Below, in pieces: positions 1 through 8,831 of a DNA stretch of 64,000 nucleotides (the stretch's first letter is position 1; each line of letters opens with the position of its first letter). Where the stretch lies: the IMG/VR virus record IMGVR_UViG_3300045051_000720, positions 155,465 through 219,464 of that record. One strand, written 5' to 3'. The notes under the pieces were generated by a model. That model searched no databases. It worked only from the letters and a program-made list of their open reading frames with translations, and was not told where the DNA came from. The translations under genes were made by a program, and so were the position numbers.

Positions 1-155
1 ACCTATGGCCCCGATGGTGACCAACCCCTCCGCTGGGTCCCGCTCAAGGACTGTACGCTTGACCATCTCAAGGCCATCCAGAGGACCCAATCGCACATCG
101 TTGGCACGATAGCCGAGAAGGTCGTGGACTGGTGGGTTAAGGAGAAGGAGGGGCT

Positions 156-656
156 ATGACCTACGACCCCCACGTCTGGCTGGTATGGAGCCGGGAACAC
201 AACGCTTGGTGGCGACCCGCCGCGGCGGGGTATTGTACCAGCGTGCTGGACGCCGGGCGCTTCACGCTTGAAGAGGCCACCGATCACTGCAATCTGCGCT
301 CGCGCGTGGCTGGGGAACAAGACCCCGAGGTGATGATCCATGTGGACGATGCCCTCAAGGGACCGCACGGGCTGGATGACTATGCGCAATGCCGAGAGTG
401 GATAGATGAACTGGACCCCCTGCTATGGGTCCCACCCACCACCAAGACACCCGCGCAGCAGTTCCGCGAGCTGAAGGAAAGCAGCGAACGGTTCCGCTGC
501 GAGGTGATCGACCTGCGTTGTGCCCTCACCCAAGCCGAAGCTGAACTACGTGTGGGCGATAAATACTCGGTCTTGGCTGCGCTCCAGACCATCCGAGACG
601 CTCTCGCCGCACAGGTGCCGCGCGAACCGGCCAATGGGACGGGATGGAAAAGCTAA
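156..656 (+). CDS. phage hypothetical protein
   Basis: 166-aa ORF; WLVWSREHNAWWRP..GY..AGRF motif typical of phage hypotheticals, C-terminal coiled coil. Confidence 0.7.
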   Translation: MTYDPHVWLVWSREHNAWWRPAAAGYCTSVLDAGRFTLEEATDHCNLRSRVAGEQDPEVMIHVDDALKGPHGLDDYAQCREWIDELDPLLWVPPTTKTPAQQFRELKESSERFRCEVIDLRCALTQAEAELRVGDKYSVLAALQTIRDALAAQVPREPANGTGWKS

Positions 657-862
657 TGGGCTTCGCACTTCCAACTTGTCAGCCTCCCACCCGCTGCTAC
701 GGCTGCCGTCATGGTGAGGTTTGGACAAACCCCGCTGGTCATGCCACCCTATGGTGCAACCGAGCCCAGCGCGCGGCGCGGGTGAAGCGCAGCAAGGCTT
801 TGTTTACCGTAGCCCAGCTCAACTCAACCCCTCGCCCGAAGTGGTGCCCGCTTTCTTCATGA
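656..862 (+). CDS. small Cys-rich hypothetical protein
   Basis: ATG overlaps upstream TAA; CxxC..H..C motifs. Confidence 0.5.
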   Translation: MGFALPTCQPPTRCYGCRHGEVWTNPAGHATLWCNRAQRAARVKRSKALFTVAQLNSTPRPKWCPLSS

Positions 863-1290
863 CTCCTGACCAATCCGATCCTCTCCCTGACTCTGGCCAA
901 CGCGCCCAGTTCGCAACCGGCGCAGTGCGCGATCTTTCCCTTGGGAAGGGTCACTTTCACTCGATCCCTCCCATCGCTTTGCGTAAGCTGGCGAAGCGGT
1001 TCGAGGACGGCGCACGGAAGTACGCTAAAAATAATTTTGCCAAAGGTATCCCCCTCAGTCACTTCCAAGACAGCTTGACGCGTCATATCCTTGCTTGGGC
1101 AGAAGGCGACGAGACCGAAGACCACGCTGGAGCCATCTTGTGGAACGCCGCCGTGATGATCTGGACCGACGAGGAAATCAAGGCTGGTCGACTACCCAAA
1201 GAGCTGGACGACCTTCTATACCGCAACCGATGCACGACTACATCCGCCTCCACTCCGGCCGACGCTTCCACTTCCTCAAGCCCGCGCTGA
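859..1290 (+). CDS. dATP/dGTP diphosphohydrolase domain protein (DUF5664)
   Basis: DSGQRAQFATGAVRD..GKG..IP..AL..LAKRFEDGARKY..NNF.KGIP..SL.RH..EDH...ILWNA motifs; ATG at 859 overlaps upstream TGA. Confidence 0.85.
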   Translation: MTPDQSDPLPDSGQRAQFATGAVRDLSLGKGHFHSIPPIALRKLAKRFEDGARKYAKNNFAKGIPLSHFQDSLTRHILAWAEGDETEDHAGAILWNAAVMIWTDEEIKAGRLPKELDDLLYRNRCTTTSASTPADASTSSSPR

Positions 1291-1739
1291 ACGAGCTGTG
1301 CATCGAGGACGTAGCGCACGCCCTTGCTTACATCTGCCGATTCACTGGCCACACCCGCCAGCACTACTCGGTAGGGATGCACTCGTGTCTGGTGAGCGAC
1401 ATCCTCCCGCAAGACCTCAAGCTGTGCGGTCTCTTACACGATGCAAGCGAAGCATATTGCAACGATCTCGCAGCTCCGCTTAAGGCCGTGCTGCCTCAAT
1501 ATGTCGAGCTGGAGAATCGCGTGCAACGCCTCATCGCGCGCAAGTGGCGGTTACCCTATCCCTTCCCTGCCGCCGTCAAGACTGCCGATATGACTCTACT
1601 GGTCAGTGAGATCCGTGATCTCGTGCCCAAGGGCCAATGGAGAGAGTACCCCTACACGCCGCTCGATTATCGGATCAGACCTTGGACGCCTGAGCGCACG
1701 CGGCGCGAGTTCATGCGGCGGTTTCGCCGGTTGACATGA
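1230..1739 (+). CDS. HD-domain phosphohydrolase (YfbR/5'-deoxynucleotidase-like)
   Basis: IEDVAHALAYICRFTGH..YSVGMHS..LLHDASEAY..D..P.K and AD..LL..E motifs. Confidence 0.85.
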   Translation: MHDYIRLHSGRRFHFLKPALNELCIEDVAHALAYICRFTGHTRQHYSVGMHSCLVSDILPQDLKLCGLLHDASEAYCNDLAAPLKAVLPQYVELENRVQRLIARKWRLPYPFPAAVKTADMTLLVSEIRDLVPKGQWREYPYTPLDYRIRPWTPERTRREFMRRFRRLT

Positions 1740-1755
1740 TACGCGTTTCCACGCA

Positions 1756-1790
1756 TAGACACACCCCCTAAACCCTGCTATCCTCTCCCT
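1756..1790 (+). promoter_or_regulatory. sigma70-like leaderless promoter
   Basis: TAGACA(1756)-17 nt-TATCCT(1779)-6 nt-ATG(1791). Confidence 0.7.
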
Positions 1791-2369
1791 ATGGACCTTC
1801 TCGCCTCTCTCATCAAGGGTCTGAAGACCCCTCCCGAAGACACATCCCTCTGGGGTCGTCTGCTCTCCCACTGGTGGGAGGTCAAGTGGTGGTGGGGGGA
1901 TCATATCTGGTCACACGCGCCGCGCTGGCTGAGGCATAGCTGGAGGTCATTCGCGCGCTGGTGGCACGAGCAGATCACTTGCCGCATCAACCCGCGCCAG
2001 CGATGGTTCACCAAGCAGATCCCGCGGACTTGGACCGAGAAGGAGGAGCTGATCGAGCTATGCCTCTACGCCGCCATCATCCACTTCGTTGAGGGCGAAG
2101 ACTGCTTCAACACCACCACCATTGACGAACCCCTCGCGAGCGAGCTGCGTGCCGTATACGACTGGGCCAAAACCGGCCGCGCCGCGGCGTTGGCGGCTCA
2201 ACAGGCCTCGTGGCATCCCGGTGCATGGGAGATGTGTGGAGTCACCATCGGCGAGGGCGTGGAGCGGGGGTCCACGGAGGAATATCGCCGTCTTGGCGAC
2301 GAGATCGAGGCACGGGACACCAGATGGCTTCAGTGGATCGTGGTCAACCGCGCGCACCTATGGACCTAG
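1791..2369 (+). CDS. hypothetical protein
   Basis: 192-aa Trp-rich ORF directly behind a leaderless promoter. Confidence 0.7.
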   Translation: MDLLASLIKGLKTPPEDTSLWGRLLSHWWEVKWWWGDHIWSHAPRWLRHSWRSFARWWHEQITCRINPRQRWFTKQIPRTWTEKEELIELCLYAAIIHFVEGEDCFNTTTIDEPLASELRAVYDWAKTGRAAALAAQQASWHPGAWEMCGVTIGEGVERGSTEEYRRLGDEIEARDTRWLQWIVVNRAHLWT

Positions 2370-2596
2370 ACGCCTTCACCACCACCGTCCTCTTCGTCGC
2401 CGCCATTGGATGGTCGGCGCTGGGCATCGCGATGTGCCATGAGCTGTACCATCTGGCCCCAACGTGGCGATGGAAGGCGTTTCTCATCGCAGCGGGCGGC
2501 CCAGCGGTCTGGGGCGTCGCGCTGTATCGAGGATTCAAGGCCCTCCGCCATAGGGTTCTTCACCACTTCGGCGTCGACCACTTCAGCTGCTCATGA
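2360..2596 (+). CDS. small membrane protein
   Basis: two hydrophobic segments; overlaps neighbours. Confidence 0.55.
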   Translation: MDLDAFTTTVLFVAAIGWSALGIAMCHELYHLAPTWRWKAFLIAAGGPAVWGVALYRGFKALRHRVLHHFGVDHFSCS

Positions 2597-2832
2597 CCCC
2601 TCAAGCCATCGCCACTCTCGCCGCCAGTCTGGGGTTCGACATCACACTGGACGGCGAGACCGTCCGGCTGGACGAGGATGTGTGGGTCTTGGACGATGAG
2701 TCGGGGGTCGAAGCGTGGGACAGGTATGTCGAGATCTGCCGGGTGTTGCACGCCCATGGGCTTGACATGCCCTTTGGTCTCGTTACCATAGAGCACGATC
2801 ACATCAGCGGTGTAATTACTGCGCCCTTATGA
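2593..2832 (+). CDS. hypothetical acidic protein
   Basis: ATGA-coupled 79-aa ORF. Confidence 0.6.
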   Translation: MTPQAIATLAASLGFDITLDGETVRLDEDVWVLDDESGVEAWDRYVEICRVLHAHGLDMPFGLVTIEHDHISGVITAPL

Positions 2833-2839
2833 ACAGAGC

Positions 2840-2875
2840 TTGACACTCTTGGTCAATCCTGCTATACTGTAACTG
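2840..2875 (+). promoter_or_regulatory. promoter of tnpB
   Basis: TTGACA(2840)-17-TATACT(2863)-7 nt-TTG start; TTGAC/GTCAA inverted repeat over the -35 and spacer. Confidence 0.7.
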
Positions 2876-4645
2876 TTGAAGACTCTCATCTACCGCTTCC
2901 GACTTGCTCCTAGCGTGCATCAATGTGCCATGATTGAGGCGAGTAACACACAACTGTGTCGGGTATGGAATGCTTTAGTAGGTGCCACCAAGCACGCCGA
3001 GCACGAATGCAAGCATGGACGCAAGACTTGCGTGGTCAAGCGATTAACTGATTTGCTGACCCAGAAGAAAGTCGTCGGGATGCGCGCGGCTGCCGTGAAA
3101 AAGCTGGCAGAATCCAAAGCAATATCATTAACGGATGCCAACAATCTTCTCACCCGCGAGCAGGTCGCCCGTGAGAGTCGCACGATTGTGCGCAAGAATG
3201 GAACCAAAGCGCGACGGTGTTCTATTCGTAAGCTGGCGTTGGCCTATGCCATTGCTACGGTAGGTCATCAGATCAACCGCTTCGGAGTGGAATCCGCCGC
3301 GTTTTGGGGAGTGATTGAAAAATTCAAAACCTCTACCGCCGACTATCCATTGGGCAAACGGGGTGCGCCCCGATTCAAACGAGTGGGTGATAACGTGTCC
3401 ATGCAGGCTCAGACCAAGAATCAACACGTCAAGGAGGGGGTCGTTGACCTATCGCGTTTAGTCGGTTCTAGTTGTTCCTGTGTCCACATGATTCAACACC
3501 GCCCGATTCCAGACGGCGCGATTGTCAAGCAGATGGCCGTGGTTAAGCAAAATGACCGGCTGTTTGTGGCCATCTTTGTTGATGTGCCAGATGCGGCGGC
3601 GCAAAAGAGTTTAATGGCAGCTAGTGGAGCGACGGCTGGTATTGATCCCGGCCGTAAGACGGCAGTGTCGCTCAGTTCTACAGACGGAACAATCCAACAG
3701 GTTGTCTCGCCCCCACTCTTGCGGGACAAACGGTTCATGCGTCGCACGGCGCGGTTGGCACGCAAGTTGGACAGGCAACGCCGCTTTGCCAATCCAGACC
3801 GCTACAATGAGGATGGCACCTTCAAGCGCGGAGCGCGCGGTGTGTGGGTGACAACCAAGGGAATGACTAAGACCCAAAAGCGTGCGAACGATTTGCGTCG
3901 CCGTCTTGTGGATGTACGCACAGAGCACTATCGTCTCAAAGCGCGCGAAGTGTTGAATCAGTTTGACCACGTTGGGATCGGTACATGGCGGCCCAAGGGT
4001 GCGCCGGGTGAAGGACAAGCCAAACGCGCACAGTTGCGCAAGGACGCAGATAACGCTTTGGGTCAATTCGCGGGTATCCTTCGGGACTATGCTGCGCGCA
4101 ATGTGACCCCCAAGAAGATCTACGATATCAATGAGGTCAACACCACCCGTCGTTGCATCAATTGTGGCGAGATGACGGGGCCGAGTGGGTTGTCCAACCT
4201 TGGGGTGCGCGAGTGGACGTGTTCCCACTGTGGTGCCCACCATCAGAGAGACTTTGCTAGTGCGCGAGCTATCGCTCTGCGCACTCAAATCGTGGCCGAT
4301 ACGCATTTGGTTAACGATGGTCCAACGACCAAAATTCAGCCTGTTCGTTATGCCGCAAAGCGTAACAAACGAAGTGGGTTGGTGGCGACACCAATCAATG
4401 TGCCCGTGGAACAGGAAGCGGAGGCCGCGAGGTCCCGTCTGAGTAAAAACGGTGCTCGTGCGAGTGCCCCAGTGGTAGACCATCCGGCCGATTGCACTCG
4501 CGTGCGAAAAGCCAATGCTGACGAAGGCTCTAGCAATATCCTCGCGTCAGAGCCAGCTACCAATGCCTGCAAAGGTAACCATCGCTCGCATAGTTGCGCC
4601 GTAGAACTTGAGTCCACGGTAGTTGTGGAGGAACACTCACTATGA
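2876..4645 (+). CDS. tnpB: TnpB-family RNA-guided endonuclease (IS200/IS605-type), solo, with rearranged RuvC-II
   Basis: N-terminal YRFRLAPS..LCRVWN, RuvC-I GIDPG, RuvC-II region DHVGIGTW, INEVNTTRRCINC..CSHC zinc finger, RuvC-III HQRDFASARAI; lower GC than flanks; no tnpA in window. Confidence 0.9.
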   Translation: MKTLIYRFRLAPSVHQCAMIEASNTQLCRVWNALVGATKHAEHECKHGRKTCVVKRLTDLLTQKKVVGMRAAAVKKLAESKAISLTDANNLLTREQVARESRTIVRKNGTKARRCSIRKLALAYAIATVGHQINRFGVESAAFWGVIEKFKTSTADYPLGKRGAPRFKRVGDNVSMQAQTKNQHVKEGVVDLSRLVGSSCSCVHMIQHRPIPDGAIVKQMAVVKQNDRLFVAIFVDVPDAAAQKSLMAASGATAGIDPGRKTAVSLSSTDGTIQQVVSPPLLRDKRFMRRTARLARKLDRQRRFANPDRYNEDGTFKRGARGVWVTTKGMTKTQKRANDLRRRLVDVRTEHYRLKAREVLNQFDHVGIGTWRPKGAPGEGQAKRAQLRKDADNALGQFAGILRDYAARNVTPKKIYDINEVNTTRRCINCGEMTGPSGLSNLGVREWTCSHCGAHHQRDFASARAIALRTQIVADTHLVNDGPTTKIQPVRYAAKRNKRSGLVATPINVPVEQEAEAARSRLSKNGARASAPVVDHPADCTRVRKANADEGSSNILASEPATNACKGNHRSHSCAVELESTVVVEEHSL

Positions 4646-4685
4646 GTGGGCGAAAGTTCGTTCAATGCGGCCTCACCACATGCGC
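4560..4685 (+). ncRNA. putative omegaRNA 3' end / element right end and guide
   Basis: hairpin CACTCA-CTA-TGAGTG (4634-4648) then TTCAA (4661-4665), resembling IS200/605 right ends; 5' boundary is a guess. Confidence 0.35.
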
Positions 4686-4940
4686 CAGACCCTCTGCTAC
4701 CTTGACACCCCTCGCGCGTGTGTGGACCTCATCGACCGGCTCAACGCCGAATATCGCCGCGAGTTCGGGCGCAGGTTGACGGTTGATATGACTCTCACTG
4801 TAGGGTCGCACCGTGATTTCCCATCGCGCCGTGATGGGACACCCCGCGATGAGTACAGCATCACCTTGCACGCGGACCCCGTAACCCAAGCCCCCGAGAT
4901 CACATGGCTCATATCGAACACCCAGATCCCCGCAGCGTGA
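4665..4940 (+). CDS. hypothetical protein
   Basis: ORF after tnpB; ATG at 4665 or 4680. Confidence 0.55.
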   Translation: MRPHHMRQTLCYLDTPRACVDLIDRLNAEYRREFGRRLTVDMTLTVGSHRDFPSRRDGTPRDEYSITLHADPVTQAPEITWLISNTQIPAA

Positions 4941-5176
4941 AATGGCTTTACAAGATCCGCACCTATATCGCGCCTCCCATTGAGGTGGGTTCGAGATGGG
5001 TGTGTCGCTCAGACAAGGGTAATCCGTTCGTCGAGTACGCCTACGAGGTCGAGGCCGTTGAGAACGGCTTCGTGACCTATCGCTATATCCAACCCAAGAC
5101 TGGGTATCGGTATAGCGAACTCAGTTCACTCAGTGTCTCGTCTTTCCGCATCTGCTACTGCCCCCTTATCACATGA
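4937..5176 (+). CDS. hypothetical protein (SH3-like beta)
   Basis: GTGA-coupled ORF. Confidence 0.55.
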   Translation: MKWLYKIRTYIAPPIEVGSRWVCRSDKGNPFVEYAYEVEAVENGFVTYRYIQPKTGYRYSELSSLSVSSFRICYCPLIT

Positions 5177-5403
5177 CCATTCCGCTTCTCGACTGGGCCT
5201 CGGCCAACCCATGGTTGGCGTTTGGGCTATCGTTCCCCACCGCCATGGTCATCGTCAGCATGGCATGGCTCGTTGCCGCGTCGTGCGAGAACGCGATGAA
5301 CCTGATTTTGCGCCTCGTCAATCAGGTGGTCAACGGGGCAGTCATCCTATTTCGCGGCTACGCTCCCATGCCTGACGAGCCCGAGCCTGACGAACAGAAA
5401 TGA
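5173..5403 (+). CDS. small membrane protein
   Basis: hydrophobic segments; ATGA overlap. Confidence 0.55.
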   Translation: MTIPLLDWASANPWLAFGLSFPTAMVIVSMAWLVAASCENAMNLILRLVNQVVNGAVILFRGYAPMPDEPEPDEQK

Positions 5404-5451
5404 CCCTGCTGGTGGTGTTGGGGGTGTGCATCGTGTTGGCGTTTTTCAACC

Positions 5452-5949
5452 ATGACGACTGATTTCTTCGGCCTCTTCAATCCGCCCGGTCGGTACGGGA
5501 AGGTCATCAACTACGGGAGGACGACCGCCGTCACGTTGACCGGCTCGCCCGAGTTCCGCGCCAAGGGGTATAATCTGTTTGCGTCCTTCGGCAGCACCGA
5601 CAGCACGGACCTCCCGGTTATCCGCAAGGCCGACCGACCTGACACCGATTGGTTTTGCCTCCCTCTCGCGCGCATCGAGAGCGCGGTGCGGCTGTACCTC
5701 TATGGTCAACTGCGACAGGCGGCGCCCAAACGGGAGATCCGCGACGAGGAGGGCGACCTCCTTGAGATCGTCTGCGACACCGAGCCCGCGCTGTGGGAGG
5801 AGGCAAGTACACTCGCCGCGTGGTTTGTACAGGAGATGCCAGCCGACTGGGACGCCATCCCGGCGGACGACTGGGTCACGCTCCCCCATGATGAGTACAC
5901 CCTCGGCGAGGCGCGGTGCGCGACGCTGCCGGTGGGGCGAGAGGATTGA
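5452..5949 (+). CDS. hypothetical protein
   Basis: 165-aa ORF with phage-like codon use. Confidence 0.65.
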   Translation: MTTDFFGLFNPPGRYGKVINYGRTTAVTLTGSPEFRAKGYNLFASFGSTDSTDLPVIRKADRPDTDWFCLPLARIESAVRLYLYGQLRQAAPKREIRDEEGDLLEIVCDTEPALWEEASTLAAWFVQEMPADWDAIPADDWVTLPHDEYTLGEARCATLPVGRED

Positions 5950-5996
5950 TTCGGGATTGACTTGACATCGCCGTTCAACCCTGAGACACTCCCTCT

Positions 5997-6308
5997 ATGT
6001 TCGATCCCAAATACGGCCCCAACTGGGGCTTCGCCATCCCTGACAAACGAGAACGCCCGCCCATCGACATCGACCCGCGCGAGTGGGCTCGACGCACGCA
6101 GAGCAAGAGCTACATCCGCCGCATTAAGCGGTCCGTGCAGTCCGTCGATGGCTACTTTATGCGATGCCGTGGGCGGATGAGGGGACTAACGGGTCACCAG
6201 CGCGATGCGTGTCACTATTTCGCTGCCGTCAACACCGTCGAGGACTACCGCCGTGGGCGTAGTCGGACGGACACCAACGCCGCGCCCAAGGACAGCCTCC
6301 TTTACTGA
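5997..6308 (+). CDS. hypothetical protein
   Basis: behind promoter TTGACA(5962)-17-GACACT-6-ATG. Confidence 0.65.
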   Translation: MFDPKYGPNWGFAIPDKRERPPIDIDPREWARRTQSKSYIRRIKRSVQSVDGYFMRCRGRMRGLTGHQRDACHYFAAVNTVEDYRRGRSRTDTNAAPKDSLLY

Positions 6309-6700
6309 TGAACACTACATACCTCCTCCTCACCCTTATTGTCATTGCCATCGCCGTTGGGGGATGGATCGTGGCAATATATTCCTCCTACAACAGCACG
6401 ACGGAGACGGTTGGTGTGGCGACTGGCATCATCGGCTCAATCGTCAGTCTGGCTCTCGTCCTCGCCAGCTTTGGCGGCAATGGTACCCCCACCACCGATG
6501 AAACCACCTCCTTCTCTCTCGAACGCACTCCCTACCGAGTCATCCTCAAAGCGTTTGACCGCGAGGTCACGTTCACCGATGCGTTCACGGTCGCCAATGC
6601 GGACCGCATCGAGAGGGTGCGTCGCACCACCCAGCACAACGCGTGGGGGTTGGAGGTCGGTAACCCGACCATCGCGGCGGTGTTCAAAGAGACCAAGTGA
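6308..6700 (+). CDS. membrane protein, two N-terminal TM helices
   Basis: LLLTLIVIAIAVGGWIVAI and VGVATGIIGSIVSLALVLASF. Confidence 0.65.
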   Translation: MNTTYLLLTLIVIAIAVGGWIVAIYSSYNSTTETVGVATGIIGSIVSLALVLASFGGNGTPTTDETTSFSLERTPYRVILKAFDREVTFTDAFTVANADRIERVRRTTQHNAWGLEVGNPTIAAVFKETK

Positions 6701-6713
6701 TCCCTCGGGAGGC

Positions 6714-7220
6714 ATGATCCGCCACACTCTCGTCCGCTTGGTCTCGTTCGGGGCGATCCTTTGGCTGATGGCCGGTGTTGTTCGCGCCCAGCCTACGCAA
6801 GCGGACCCCTTTCGTTCGTATCTGGTCAGCGTAGAGGGGTATCGTCAGGCCCCTTATCGCGATCAGAATCATTGGGCCGTGGGCGTGGGCCACAATTTAT
6901 CTTCGCACAAACAGCCCGTTCGTACCTACTCCCGCGCCCAAATCGACTCTTTCTACCAAGACGATCTCGCGATTACCCTGCGCGCGGCGCGGGGTGGGGT
7001 AAGGGATTTCGATACGCTGCCCCTCAGTGCGCGGCAGGTGGTGGTGGGACTCATCTGGACCACCGGCCCGGCTGGATTCAGGGGGTTCACGCGCTTCCGT
7101 CAGGCCCTATCCACCCGCGACTACCACGATGCTGCGCGAGAACTTCGCGCTTCGAAATGGTGGACCCAAGTCGGCCAAGCCCGCGCGCGGCGGGCGTATG
7201 AGGCGTTGATGAGACTATGA
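6714..7220 (+). CDS. GH24 (T4-like) lysozyme with N-terminal signal peptide
   Basis: EGYRQAPYRD..HWAVGVGHNL catalytic region, SKWWTQVG..RA C-terminal motif; GGAGG RBS; hydrophobic leader ending VRA-Q. Confidence 0.85.
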   Translation: MIRHTLVRLVSFGAILWLMAGVVRAQPTQADPFRSYLVSVEGYRQAPYRDQNHWAVGVGHNLSSHKQPVRTYSRAQIDSFYQDDLAITLRAARGGVRDFDTLPLSARQVVVGLIWTTGPAGFRGFTRFRQALSTRDYHDAARELRASKWWTQVGQARARRAYEALMRL

Positions 7221-7648
7221 TTGACATCACCCGACCTGTTCAGCTCAATAAGCTTCGCGAGCAACGCGAGGGGTTGCTCCCTACCGGTTATTGGTGCAAG
7301 GCATTTCTGCTGGAGGTACCGACCGTAGGACAGACGCTTCGCGCGGCCCGCTATGAACGTGCGCGCCAGCGTCCCGAGGAGCCGGAGTCGGTCAAGATCG
7401 AAGGGCTTTACGTCTCATCCCCCGTACGCACCATCACCGAGCGCGAGGACGGGTCGTTGGTGTGCGAGACCATGAACAGCACATGGGCGATTGTTCAGCT
7501 TGACAGTGGGGTTCAACCCGCCCAAGATGACACCCATGAAGGTCACGCACCCCCAAATCCTGCTCCTCCGCAAGGTGCGGAAGCCCCTGCCCCCGCCAAC
7601 GGTAGTGATCCCCGACAAGAAGCGCGCGGCGGCGCGCAAGCGGGTTAA
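7217..7648 (+). CDS. hypothetical protein, Pro/Ala-rich tail
   Basis: ATGA-coupled ORF. Confidence 0.55.
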   Translation: MIDITRPVQLNKLREQREGLLPTGYWCKAFLLEVPTVGQTLRAARYERARQRPEEPESVKIEGLYVSSPVRTITEREDGSLVCETMNSTWAIVQLDSGVQPAQDDTHEGHAPPNPAPPQGAEAPAPANGSDPRQEARGGAQAG

Positions 7649-7809
7649 GGTCAAACCATGATCATCGCTCTCATCCTCTGGACGCTCATCGGTGGGTACT
7701 GGTACTACCAGACCACCTCCCTCTGGGCGGAGCGTCTGCTTTGGATCTCCATCCCACTGGGTGGCCCCGGCGTGTGGGTCATGGAGTGGGTGTTTCGGCG
7801 GGAGGACGT

Positions 7810-8046
7810 ATGATCCAACCCAACTACCGCCGCGGCACGCGTTACTTCTACGTGCATTCCGCCAGCCTTGCCTGTGTTCATCTCGGACTGGGTGAGTCCT
7901 TCCGCGTTTATACCAAACGCCCCAGCCCGGCTAGTGAGTTCCATCGGGTCGAACTGAATGTGGTCCGGACCAAAGCCGAGGCGCGGGCGCTGGAGCGCAA
8001 GTGGGCCAAGGTGCGGGCACAGCGTGCGAGTCAGGCTTCCTCATGA
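7810..8046 (+). CDS. hypothetical protein
   Basis: GGAGG RBS, ATG 7810. Confidence 0.55.
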   Translation: MIQPNYRRGTRYFYVHSASLACVHLGLGESFRVYTKRPSPASEFHRVELNVVRTKAEARALERKWAKVRAQRASQASS

Positions 8047-8246
8047 ACACCCTTTTCGACGCCATCAACAACGCCTGCGCGGCCCTGCCGGACAACTGGA
8101 CTGTCCATGTTCACGCTGAGAACGGCGCGGCGTGGGTTGAGCTGGAGGCACCCGATTTCGAGACCTTCGAGCCGTCGTGTCCCGATGATCCGCTCTCCAC
8201 ACAGATCGAACAGCTCATCGAGTTGGCACAGGCTAAGGCAAACTGA
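8043..8246 (+). CDS. hypothetical protein
   Basis: ATGA-coupled ORF. Confidence 0.55.
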   Translation: MNTLFDAINNACAALPDNWTVHVHAENGAAWVELEAPDFETFEPSCPDDPLSTQIEQLIELAQAKAN

Positions 8247-8434
8247 CCATGCCCACGTCACCGCTATCCGAACTGACCCCCGAGCAAATCCAATCCCTGC
8301 TTGACCGCACCGATTGGTCCTCCTACTGGTGCGACGTAGCCGAACGCGTCAACGAGGGGTGTGAGCAGTACGAGCGGGCAAGCGCGGCGACGATTGGGGC
8401 ACTCCGCTAACGCCCGATCTGAACCCATGCCGAT

Positions 8435-8656
8435 ATGAAGACATCGCACGAACTCGCGCGGGAGTTGCTCGCGCTGCCCGAGGGTAAGATATGGCATTAC
8501 GATCCCTCCTATGCGGACTCCGCCACGTGGGAGGAGGACCACACTGTCGCGGAGCCGGTGATTGAACCACATCTCATCCAGAACGACAGCCGGCGGTACT
8601 ACCTCATCAAGGGAGACCGCCCTGACTGGGCCAAGGACCGCGTGAAACCCCTTTAA
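8435..8656 (+). CDS. hypothetical protein
   Basis: [15 protein letters not shown] motif common in phage small proteins. Confidence 0.6.
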   Translation: MKTSHELARELLALPEGKIWHYDPSYADSATWEEDHTVAEPVIEPHLIQNDSRRYYLIKGDRPDWAKDRVKPL

Positions 8657-8660
8657 TCCT

Positions 8661-8831
8661 ATGCTCAACTACGCCCTCGTCTTCCTCGTCATCGCGATCC
8701 TATCTGGTGTCCTCGGCTTTGGGGTGCTGGTTGGCACCGCCGCGCTCGTCGCGAAGGTGAGCTTCGTTGCCTTTCTAGTCCTGTTCCTGTACGCCCTGTT
8801 CGGGGGCGAACTGCCATCCAATGAACCCTAA
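8661..8831 (+). CDS. DUF1328 (UPF0391/YtjA-like) small membrane protein
   Basis: manual translation [56 protein letters not shown]; below ORF-track cutoff. Confidence 0.85.
   Translation: MLNYALVFLVIAILSGVLGFGVLVGTAALVAKVSFVAFLVLFLYALFGGELPSNEP

Noticed and set aside
859-1739. Complete Z-genome (purZ) cluster
   Set aside because: No PurZ/adenylosuccinate-synthetase-like ORF in the window
2876-4645. Catalytically dead TldR-type repressor, or a Cas12f with CRISPR
   Set aside because: RuvC-I and RuvC-III aspartates are intact, an alternative glutamate is present, and no CRISPR array is adjacent
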